Source: Squalus acanthias (taxonomy: Eukaryota). Taken from it: 64,000 bases of DNA. The position numbers and the translations under genes were made by a program. The stretch is from positions 80,106,001 through 80,170,000 of the forward strand of contig CM059432.1 in assembly GCA_030390025.1 (NCBI GenBank), read 5' to 3'. The notes beneath the pieces are model-generated. The model did no database searches. It had not been told where the DNA came from and worked only from the letters and a program-made list of their open reading frames with translations. Each line of letters opens with the position of its first letter. The first letter of the stretch is position 1. Shown here piece by piece: positions 12,212 to 22,800 of the stretch.

Positions 12212-12935
12212 CTAGAATCGGAGTCTGATGAGGCGTTCATGGATAGCCCATGCGGAAGGGGGATTTGCTGCCTGCTTCCTCCCAGGATAGCAGGCATTGA
12301 CCATCAGAATGCGTTGGGCGTGGTTGCACAACAACTGCACATTAAGTGAGTGGTAGCCTTTGCAGTTACGGAACATCTCAGGATTGTTATATGGCACCCG
12401 CAAAGCCACGTGGGTGCAGTCGATGACGCCCTGCACAGTGGGAAGTCCGCTATCCTGGCAAAGCCACATCTCGCTCTGCTCAGAGAGAAGTCGACGTAAT
12501 CCCTTCTCCTGGTGAAGAGAGTCTCAGTGACCTCCCAGATGCAGCGATGGACGGCGAACTGGGAGATGTTAGCTATGTCTCCTGCTGCAGACTGGAAGGA
12601 TCCGCTGGCAAAGAAATTAAGGGCCACGGTGACTTTGAGGGCCACTGAGAGAGCCGTGGTCGCCCTGCTCTCAGACTGCAGGTTTGGTTACAGGAGGTGG
12701 CAGAGTTCTGTGACCACCTCCTTGGTGAAGCAGAGCCTCCTAATACACTGCTCCTCATTTAAGTGACTTTCAGAGAAGTGCTCTCAGAAGACCCTAGGTC
12801 GGTAAGGCCTCCTGTGAGAACCCTCCTGGCTCTCCTCCTCCTCCCTCTGTACACATCTTCTCCTCTTCCTTGCTGCCTCCGCTTCCTCTCCCGAAGATAC
12901 TCGAGTGCGAGGGGGATTGCCAGTAGAGCCCCCAT
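12212..12935 (-). pseudogene. Harbinger B transposase with internal deletion
   Basis: MGALLAIP.., VALNFFASGSFQ and VIDCTHVAL are present. The sequence then jumps from NACYPG to the C-terminal IHERLIRLRF*, losing the second Asp and the Glu. Confidence 0.9.
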
Positions 12936-13596
12936 GACTGAGCAAGTGTTGTGAGCAGAAGCCTTTAAATAAGAATGAAGGTGTTCTCCACTTTCAACAA
13001 CACTCCCTGTCACCTTAGGACCTTGAAAGAAGTTTAGAAAACTGCTAGAATTGCAGAAAGTTCCACGGAGCCAAATGAACAAATATGTCAGTTGCAAGTT
13101 GTTGCTGATGATCCCTTTAAATAGCGCTGCTGGGGCTCCTTCCTGCTTGTGAACGCTTGGTCAGCTGGTCGTAATTATCACAGGCCGGTAAGTTGAGCGG
13201 TGCACTCCAAAATGGCAGAACGGGCGTCAGGTGACGGTGAGTTGCACACACACTGACGTCATGATCTAGATATTCCTAGCGAGCACAGACATTGCCGATC
13301 AGCCGAAAATGGCGACCGCCACAGGATCCGCCGACAGTGGGCGGAAATGAGACAGCCGCCTTTTTTTTGCCGAAACGGGCCTTAACGGCCAGCGCTAATA
13401 CTTCCAATTTCTAGGCCTATTATTCCTCTCTTCTCTTTGTGCTGTTCATATGCAAATTTGTGCACTAAATAGGCAATTGCAGAAATCTTGGCGTTTTCAT
13501 GTTGTATGCAGTACATCTCGACAAACATATGTAAATCATTTAAAACAGAAATATGCAGTGCATTAACCTGGCTAAGTTTCTAATTTGTACCTTCAG

Positions 13597-13700
13597 GAGT
13601 TAATCTTGTAAAAATAAAAGTTGGATATGGTCTTCCTGTGCTTGCACCAGGTGGAAGAGTGGAAAATAGGGCCCTGTACACTACTGAGAAATCACTATGG
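13597..13700 (+). CDS. Candidate internal exon of an unidentified host gene
   Basis: Acceptor TTTGTACCTTCAG, donor GTGAGT, and a 104-nt open frame (G)VNLVKIKVGYGLPVLAPGGRVENRALYTTEKSLW in non-repeat sequence. Protein not recognised. Confidence 0.4.
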
Positions 13701-16138
13701 GTGAGTTACTTTCTAATCTTTTTCAGTTGAGAAAGAAAATCAATACCAGAGAGTTTTCACCCTCTATCTCAGATTAATTGAGGTGATTTTCAACTGTTGA
13801 ATGTCCAGTTCTTTTCTCAAAAATGGATGGACAGCAGTTGAAAATCGGCGAGGGAGGTGGGCGGGGGGGGTACCTCAGTTGCCCCACTGATGCCCAAAGC
13901 GAGCCTGTAAGTAGGCAAACAGCTTGCCTGCCCGTTTCTGCCAGGAGGCTGCTTAAATACATTGTTTATAGGATCCTGTTGGCAATTTTCAGGTACTAAC
14001 AGGCGGTGTGTGTACTGTGCATGCTGAAGAAATGGCGCACAAAGCATTTTGGGAAGATTTTTGTGGGACCAGTAGAAACAGGAGTGCTCCACCTAGCGCC
14101 ACAAAAATACTGTGAGCCACTGCCGGCCCGCGCTCAACCCTCTCTGGGATCAGCTCCCCCCTCCAGCCTAACCTACCAGCCAGCTCAGCGTGGGAGCAAG
14201 CCAATTGTCCACCCTTCCACTGCCCATTCGGCACCCTGCTGCAGCTTGCTGGTGGCATTCAAATGAAGCCCGACCGGAGAGGTGCCAAAGTTGACTTTGG
14301 ACAGACGCCGTACCCACTCCGCTGACTCCTTGCCCAGTCTGGGTAAACGATGTAAATTGCCACCATTATCTCTTCATTTTTTTTTCTTTCACATCACTTT
14401 TGTGGTTTAATCTTTTAAAGTTTTCTCCACCAACAACTAAGGCTGTATGAATATCAAAGGTATTTACTTTTATATGATTTACTATTGTTAATGTTGAATG
14501 AATTGCTTTTGCTGAGAGAAAGCATTCTTAAAGACATGCATAATATTTGACGTTTAGTCCTGCTGCACCACAGACCATGGGCCAGCCAAAAAGCCAACAG
14601 TGGAGCCAGCTGAGAGACTTTGGTATGAATTACTTTCTTATTTTCTCCTTCTTGCTGCGGGAAAGTGTCTGACTTCCATCTGGCAACTGTTCCTCTCATC
14701 CTCCACTAACCTGGCAGAGATAACACATTTTTGTGGATGGAGAAGCTGAAGACATGAAGATCAGCCTTTAATGGTGCCACATATAGGTGACTTGGGTTCA
14801 TCCACTTTGAAATGTTGTTACGGAAGGGAACCAGTTACTGAAAAATAGTGCAACAAGATGGTTTTCTGTTTTTTTTAAAATTTACTTTGAACTATTGGTA
14901 GGTCAAGGAAAAACTGCAAAAGCTTTCTTCAGCAGATAGAATGGATTGTACATGGTCTGGAAAAGGAGCGGGATCGGTGGGTCAAATAACATTTTCTTGC
15001 TTAACGCCTTGCTCTTACAGAAAGATATGTCTGTATAGAATCTATATATTCAAGTTCCGAAATAAATATAACTGTACACTCGAACTATTTAGATCAGCCA
15101 TGATCTAATTGAAAGGCAGAACGGGCTCAATGGCCTCGTCCTGTTCCCATGTTCCAAATGAATGAGTGGCTCAAAGACTGGTGTGGGAGAAATGAGTTTT
15201 GATTTGTGGGGCACTGGCACCAGTACTGGGATAAGAGGGAGCTGTTCCGTTTGGACGGGCTTCACTTGAACCATGCTGGGGCTAGAGTCCTGGCGATTCG
15301 AATAACTAGGGCTGTAGAGAGGGCTTTAAACTAAATAGTCGGGGGGAGGGTCCAGGTCAGCGGAAATTTAAAAAGTCAATGAGAAATGAGAAAGCAATAG
15401 AGCAGGATAGAGATGGGGGAAATAATAACCAGAGTGTGACAGGAAGGGACAGAATGTTTAAAAATAAGAGTGCAACAGAAAATGGGGCTAAAACAAGGAG
15501 AAATGGTAAAAAGACAAAGTTAAAAGCTCTATACCTGAATGCATGCAGCATTTGTAACAAGATAAATGAGTTGACGGCACAAATAGATACAAATGGGTAT
15601 GATCTGATCGCCATTACAGAGACATGGTTGCAAGGTGACCTGGGCTGGGAACTGAATATTCCAGGGTGTTTGACAATTCGGAAGGATAGACAGAAAGGAA
15701 AGGGAGGTGGGGTGGCTTTGTTGGTAAAGGATGGGATCAGTGCAGTGGTGAGAAGTGATATTGGCTCAGAAGATCAAGGGGGGAAAAATTCAGTATCGCC
15801 CCATTTGGGGCGCAATTATCGGCCGGGCGCAAAAATTAGCGCCTGGCGCTAATTATCGCCACTGACTGGAAACTTCACTTTTAACGCCCCGGGAGGTGAC
15901 TGGAGCGCTAAATCAGGCGCTGCACACCTGTCTTAAGGCGCAAAGGCCGAGGAGTGAGGCGCTAACTCAGAGCGCGAGCGCAGCGCAGGTGCTGCCAGTT
16001 AGCGAGGGAACACAGACACACTGGCGCCGGCCAGTTCTTAAAGGGGGGGGGGGCGATCTTGCTCCCCAGCCACACCCTGCTCATTGCAGCCTTGAATCTC
16101 GACCTGGAGAGACCTGACCTTCAATTTTCCAGCCAAGG

Positions 16139-18020
16139 ATGGAGAGGGCGAGAGTGCGAGCTCAGCGCTTCAGCGAGCGGGCCTTGGATGCTCTGGTTGG
16201 CGCGGTGGAGCGCCGAGGATCAACACTGTACCCTGAGAGTGGCAGGAGGCCTTTGCCGCGCGACTACAGAAGGGTGTGGAGGGAGGTGGCTCAGCACGTC
16301 TCCTCCAGGAGCATGGTGCCCAGGACCCATATACAATGCCGGAAAAAGTTCAACGACCTCACTCGGGTCGTCAGGGTGAGTGGCTTTTTTGCAATACCTC
16401 TCCATTCCTCCATCTCAGCCTCACTCTATGGCCAGAGGGTCTTAAAACCACAATTAACAGCACTCATCCAACACCTATGGCCCTTTCATGAAGCACACAC
16501 ACACATTCCACACTTTGCATACAGTAAGGGCTATTCACCTATGGGAGGCACATCAGGCAAGACCATGGCTGTAGTACAGTAAGGGCTATTCACCTATGGG
16601 AGGCACATCAGGCAAGACCATGGCTGTAGTACAGTAAGGGCTATTCACCTATGGGAGGCACATCAGGCAAGACCATGGCTGTAGTACAGTAAGGGCTATT
16701 CACCTATGGGAGGCACATCAGGTAAGACCATGGCTGTATATTTACTCAGACGCCGTCCTTTTTCTTGCAGGCCAAGCTGGCGCATAATAGGAGACAGCAG
16801 CAGCGGACGGGTGGAGGGCCGCCTCAGCTGCAACCCCTCAGCGATCTGGAGGAGCGCGTCCACAGGATTGTGGCAAGCCGGATGATCGGTCCCGTCGCCA
16901 CTGGAGACGCCGACCCCGTTCTGGACAGCAATGGTAAGGTCATCACCTTTTTGTCCTCTGTCCTTCCACTTGTCCCTCACAACACCAGCCTTTGACACTT
17001 TCAATCCAACTTACTAACTCGCTGCACTTATTCCTCCCTTACTGCCACCCTGTCCTCACGCTAAAGCCACTCTTGTACCTCCCTGCTTTCAGATGGTGAT
17101 TCACCAGCTGAGGAGACGGCCCTGAAGCTGCAGCTGAGGAGGAAGAGGAAGCCGGACCATCAGAGCCACCCTCTCCCGAGGAAGCCCATGCCAACACTGA
17201 GGACACGCCTTCCCTGGAGGGGAGCAGGGGGGAAGGGTCTGATGAGGGTGAAGCTCCAGGACCCAGCGGGCTGCAGCAACGCCATGGGGGTAGGGAAGCA
17301 CGGGGGCCTTTTCCCCGGAGGGAGAGTAGGCCAGCGAGTCCTGCTGCACTGGACGCAGAGGAGGAGCGGCTGATCGCGGAAATGAACACCCAGGCGGTGG
17401 CCATGCACACTGAGCTCATGGCTGCAGTGGGTAGGGTGCCCGAATGCATTGAAGCACTGGCAAGGAGTGTGGAGCACTTCGCTGCAGCGCAGGCGGATGC
17501 GACACTGAAGCTCAGTGCTGCAATTCAATCTCAGACTGCTCTCATGCAGACTCAGATTGAGGCCACGCGAGCACTGTCTGCTGCCATCCTCACTGGTTCG
17601 GACACATTTCCCCGGGGCTCTCACCGCGCCGCAGCAGGCCAGCAATCTGTGCTCCAGCAGATTGCTCCGGATGCTGAGGTGCTGCCCCGTGGGAGTGCCA
17701 GTGTGCCGGTCGAGCAGGGAGTTGCTGTCCTCGCTCAAGATGACAGCATTCCTGCTGCCACCACTGTCACTTCTCCACTGCAGTTGCCACCGCCTGTAGG
17801 ACAGACTGCTGCCGCCCATGCAGAGTTGGTGCAGTCTGCAGCCGGGCCCTCCAGGCCCAGAACTGGTCGAGGCCGTCCCTCAAGGGCATCTGCATTGTCA
17901 GGGCCTGACAGTCAGCAGCCTTCCACCAGCCTTGCTGCAGCCACTGAGGTCCCATTGCGGAGGAGCAGTAGGGTAAGAAGGGGGGAAGGGCGCACGGGAA
18001 GGAGTTCACCCTTGATGTAG
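16139..18020 (+). CDS. Myb/SANT-like DNA-binding partner protein (exons 16139-16375, 16771-16933, 17093-18020), apparent 1-nt frameshift near 17113
   Basis: RAQRFSERALDALV..W..VA..R...QCRKKFNDL trihelix signature and RTGGG motif. GT-AG introns at the same positions and phases as in copies A and B. Confidence 0.85.
16521..16738 (+). repeat. 4 x 55-bp near-perfect tandem repeat in intron 1 of the Myb-like gene
   Basis: Units start at 16521, 16576, 16631 and 16686. Confidence 0.95.
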
Positions 18021-18331
18021 GAGGTGTGACAAAATGCTGGTTATTTTTTTATTAAAGGCCGAGGTTCGAGGTCAAACTTTTGTTGAGTGTTTTGCACATG
18101 ATCTCCACATTGTGAGAACCAGTTATGGTAATGACTGTTTTTTTGTGTTTATTTGTATGAGTGTGTCATGAGTAAATGACACACACAGAGTTTGTAAAAT
18201 AAATAAGTTTTGGTACTCAAAATATACATGTTTGGTGTTTGGAATCATTGGTGCCTTGGCCGGCTTAGGGGTTGCGTGTTGGGTTAATTCATGCTGTTCT
18301 CAATGGCAGAAGCCATTTCCACAGCAGGGGC

Positions 18332-18439
18332 CTAGAAGCGGCTTGCTATCAGCCGTTGACGGACGGCCCTTGCAGTTTCACCATTGTGGGCCGCCCTCAC
18401 GCCTTGGTGCTGCTGCTGATCATCCTCCTCCTCCTCTTC

Positions 18440-18494
<55 letters not shown>

Positions 18495-19525
18495 GGTGGT
18501 GCTCCAAGGCCTGGTGGCATTGGCTGGGTCCTGAGGATTGCCATGTTATGCAGCATGCAGCACACAACTACGATGTGGGAAACTCGCTCAGGCGAGTACT
18601 GCAGGGCTCCTCCAGAATGGTCGAGACAGCGGAACCGTTGCTTGAGCACGCCGATTGTGTGCTCCACGATGTTCCTGGTAGCTTGATGGCTCTCGTTGTA
18701 CCGCAGCTCAGCAGGGGTGTTGGGCGTACGGAGCGGTGTCATCAGCCAGGTGCTCAGTGGATACCCCTTGTCCCCGAGAAGCCAACCAACTGGCTGATGC
18801 GGTGCCTCGAAAAGTTCTGCCACAGTAGTCTGGCGCAGGATGAAAGCATCGTGGCAGCTGCCAGGATAGTGGGCATTGACAGCGAGTATCAGCTGTCTGT
18901 GGTCACAGACCAACTGAACATTCAAGGAATGGAACCCCTTTCTGTTCCGGAAATCCTCGGCATTCTCATGCGGAGCACGCAAAGCCACATGCGTGCAGTC
19001 AATGGCGCCCTGCACCATGGGGAAGCCCGCTATCCTGGCAAAGCCCAGAGCGTGTTCTTGCTGCTTGTCTGGGGTCATGGGGAAAGAGATGAACTCTCGT
19101 CTCCTTTTAAAGAGGGCATTTGTGACCTTCCTGATGCAGCAATGCACCGCGAACTGGGAGAGATTGGCGATGTCCCCAACAGCAGATTGAAATGAGCCAG
19201 TAGCATAAAAGTTCAGAGCCACTGTGACCTTCACTGCCACCGACAGAGACGTCCTGGACCTCAGTTGAGGCTGCAGATCTGGCTGCAGCAGGTGGCAGAG
19301 CTCAGTGACCACCTCCTTGCTGAAGCGCAGCCTTCGCAGACACTGCTCATCAGACATATGAATGTAGGAGAGCTGTTCACGATATACCCTGGGAGGGTAA
19401 GCTCTCCTGTACAGACGCCTGTTGGCCCTCCTCCGTCTGGCCATCATTGCCACTCTCTCTCTGCGTCTCCGTCTCCTCCGATTCAGCTGGCACAGGACGA
19501 CGCCCCCCATCAGTGCAGCCCCCAT
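18332..19525 (-). CDS. Intact Harbinger/HARBI1-like DDE transposase, ~397 aa
   Basis: Uninterrupted ORF. ATG at 19525 (MGAAL, matching MGALL in copy B). AIDCTH, LLGDKGY and RNIVEHTIGVLKQRF supply D-D-E. C-terminal poly-Glu. Confidence 0.95.
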
Positions 19526-19719
19526 AGTCTCGTAGCAAGCAAAGTTATGAAGGCCAGAAACCAAAGTACCAGCGAAGTTATGATCAGTAGCCAAAACTAC
19601 CTCACACAGCGTTGACTCAATGCACAAGTCTCTCTCTCTCTCTCTCCGAATCTCTCTCTCTCTCTCAGAACGAGTGGTGCAAAAATGTCAACCACAGAGA
19701 AAGACAGGAAGAGGCCCCC

Positions 19720-19864
19720 TTTAAATAGCGCCCCCCCGAGCCCCACAGCGATTGTTAGCGTTCCACTCTACCGGTCGTTGGGTGCGCCAGGCGGTAAGGA
19801 TGGGGGCGCCACTGAATTTCTGCTCCGGGGCGCCACAAGGGCGTTGCACTCTCGTATGACGTCA
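19720..19864 (-). promoter_or_regulatory. Putative transposase promoter: CRE-like TGACGTCA plus TATTTAAA
   Basis: TGACGTCA at 19857-19864 and TATTTAAA at 19720-19727 (-). The same pair and spacing occur in copy B and in the MITE. Confidence 0.55.
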
Positions 19865-22800
19865 CAATCCGCGGGCGCAGGGGACCGCGGCGATAAAGTT
19901 TAGCGCCGCCGCAAAATGTCTAGTGAAGTTCCCGAGCGGCGCAAACATCGCTGCGCCCGGGCGCTAGCTGCTTTGCGCCCCATTAGCGCCCTCTTAAGGC
20001 GCTAACGGGAGGCGCAACCAACTGAATTTTTAGCCCAAGATGTAGAATCGGTTTGGGTGGAGATAAAAAATAATAAGGGGAAAAGGTCTCTGGTGGGCGT
20101 AGTCTACAGGCCCCCGAACTGTAGCAATACCGTTGGACAGAGTATAAATCAACAAATAATGGAGGCCTATAAAAAAGGTACGGTAATAATCATGGGTGAT
20201 TTTAATCTCCATATTGATTGGATAAATCAAATTGGGCATGGTAGCCTTGAGGAGGAGTTCATAGAGTGCATCCGGGATGGTTTCCTAGAACAGTATGTAA
20301 TGGAACCAACCAGGGAGCAGGCTATCTTGGATCTGGTACTGTGTAATGAGACAGAATTAATAAATGATCTCATTGTAAAGGATCCTCTAGGAAAGAGTGA
20401 TCATAGCATGGTTGAATTTCAAATTCAGTTGGAGGTGAGAAAGTTGTATCTCAAACGAGTGTCCTGATCTTAAACACAGGCAATTACAATGGCATGAGTG
20501 CAGAACTGGCTAAAGTGGACTGGAAAAATAAATTAAAGGGTAAGACAGTTGAAATGCAGTGGCGGACATTTAAGGAGATATTTCATAACTCTCAACAAAA
20601 ATATATTCCAGTGAGAAAGAAAGATTTTAAGAGAAGGGAGCACCATCCGTGGCTAACTAAGGAAGTAAAGGATGGTATCAAATTGAAAACGAAGGTATAC
20701 AATGTTGCCAAGATTGGTGGGAGACCAGAGGATTGGGAAATTTTTAAAAACCAGTAAAGGATGACTAAAAAAATAATAAAGAGAGAGAAGCTGAATTATG
20801 AGAGTAAACTGGCAAGAAATATTAAAACAGATAGTAAGAGCTTCTACAGGTATATAAAAAGGAAGAGAGTAGCTAAAGTAAACGTTGATCACTTAGAAAA
20901 TGAGACTGGGGAATTAATAACGGGGAACGGGGAAATGGCAGAGACTCTGAACAAATATTTTGTATCTGTCTTCACGGTAGAAGACACTAACAACATCCCA
21001 ATAATGGATAATCAAGGGGCCACAGGGAGGGGGGAACTAAAGACAATCACTATCACTATCACTAAGGAAATAGTACTTGGTAAAATAATGGGACTAAAAG
21101 ATGACAAGTCCCCTGGACCAGATGGCCTGCATCCCAGGGTCTTAAAAGAAGTGGCTGCAGAGATAGTGGATGCATTGGTTGCAATATACCAAAATTCCCT
21201 GGACTCTGGAGAGGTCCCAGCGGATTGGAAAACCGCAAATGTAACACCCCTATTTAAGAAAGGAGGGAGACAGAAAGCAGGAAACTATAGACCAGTTAGC
21301 CTAACATCTGACGTTGGGAAAATGCTGGAGTCCTTCATTAAGGAAGCAGTAGCAGGGCATTTGAAAAATCATAATGCAGTCAAGCAGAGTCAGCATGGTT
21401 TTATGAAAGGGAAATCATGTTTAACAAATTTGCTAGAGTTCTTTGAGGATGTAATGAGCAGGGTGGACAAAGGTGAGCCAGTGGATGTGGTGTATTTGGA
21501 TTTCTAGAAGGCATTCAATAAGGTGCCACATAAAAGGTTACTGCATAAGATAAGAGCTCACGGAGTTGGGGGTAATATATTAGCATGGATAGAGAATTGG
21601 CTAACTAACAGAAAGCAGAGAGTCGGGATAAATGGGTAATTTTCCGGTTGGCAAACGGTAACTAGTGGGGTGCCACAGGGATTGGTGCTGGGGCTTCAAC
21701 TATTTACAATCTACATTAATGACTTGGATGAAGGAACCGAGTGTAATGTAGCCAAGTTTGCAGATGATACAAAGATGGGTGGGAAAGCAAGTTGTGCAGA
21801 GGACTCAAAGAATCTGCAAAGGGATATAGACAGGTTAAGTGAGTGGGCAAACATTTGGCAGATGGAGTATAATGTGGGAAAGTGCGAGGTTATCTACTTT
21901 GGCAGGAAAAATAAAAAAGCAAATTATTATTTAAATGGAGAGAGATTACAAAATGCTACAGTTCAGAGGGACCTGGGGGTCCTTGTGCATGAAACACAAA
22001 ACGTTAGCATGCAGGTACAGCAAGTAATCAAAAAGGCAAATGGAATGTTGGCCTTTATTTCAAGGGGGTTGGAGTATAAAAGCAGGGAAGTCCTGCTACA
22101 ACTGTACAAGGTATTGGTGAGACCACATCTTGAGTACTGCGTACAGTTTTGCTCTCCTTATTTAAGGAAGGATATACTTGCATTGGAGGCAGTTCAGAGA
22201 CGATTCACTAGGTTAATTCCAGAGATGAGGGGGTTGACTTACGAGGAAAGGTTGAGCAGGTTGGGCCTATACTCATTGGAATTTAGAAGAATGAGAGGTG
22301 ATCTTATTGAAACATATAAGATACTGAGGGGGCTCGACAGGGTAGATGCAGAGAGGATGTTTCCCCTCGTGGGGAAATCTAGAACTCGGGGGCATAGTTT
22401 CAGAATAAAGGGTCGCCCTTTTAGAACTGGGATGAGGAGGAATTTCTTCTCTCAGAGGGCCATAAATCTGTGGAATTCTCTGCCGCAGAGAGCCGTGGAG
22501 GCTGGGTCATTAAATACATTTAAGGTTGAGATAGACAGATTTTTGCAAGATAAGGGAGTGAAGGGTTATGGGGAGTGGGCAGGGAAGTGGCTTTGAGCTC
22601 AAGATCAGCCATGATCTTATTGAATGGCGGAGCAGGCTTGAGGGGCCAAATGGCCTATTCCCGCTCCTATTTCTTATGTTCTTATGGAAAAATAATAATG
22701 TTAAAAGCACTCCAATCAGGTTTCTGCCCCACTACAGGACTGAAACGGCCCTAATCAACATCATTATATACGCTGTGGCTGTGACCATGGTGCACTATCC

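Larger units (their letters stand above)
3987..13417. mobile_element. PIF/Harbinger copy B, inverted relative to A and split by a CR1 LINE
   Basis: Left end ~3987-4025 matches the reverse complement of the A terminus. Right end is CCAATTTCTAGGCC. Myb gene on +, transposase on -. Confidence 0.88.
15779..20036. mobile_element. Full-length, young PIF/Harbinger transposon (copy C)
   Basis: TIRs GGGGGAAAAATTCAGT / ACTGAATTTTTAGCCC (14/16). TSD AAG at 15776-15778 and 20037-20039. Two convergent genes and CpG-rich subterminal repeats. Confidence 0.96.
15160..22686 (+). mobile_element. CR1 LINE (ORF1 3' part plus complete decayed ORF2), interrupted by Harbinger C
   Basis: DGLHLNHAG..ERALN*, APE split at SEDQ|DVESVW, RT FADD, 3' stem-loop and TTCTTATG tail. 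Confidence 0.93.

Noticed and set aside
13828..14365. GC-rich block as a possible MITE or CpG-island promoter
   Set aside because: The terminal repeats are too degenerate and no TSD is visible, so neither call can be supported.
16521..16738. 55-bp array as CRISPR or small-RNA cassette
   Set aside because: Head-to-tail identical units with no spacers, lying in an intron.
18272..19195. 307-aa ORF with a long Leu/Phe 'transmembrane' run (also 510-860)
   Set aside because: It is the reverse complement of the transposase poly-Glu codons.
18332..19627. Host HARBI1 gene, or a 431-aa protein starting at 19627
   Set aside because: It lies within TIRs and a TSD, has multiple paralogous copies and has no introns, so it is a transposon gene. 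The 19627 start is not ATG, and homology begins at 19525.
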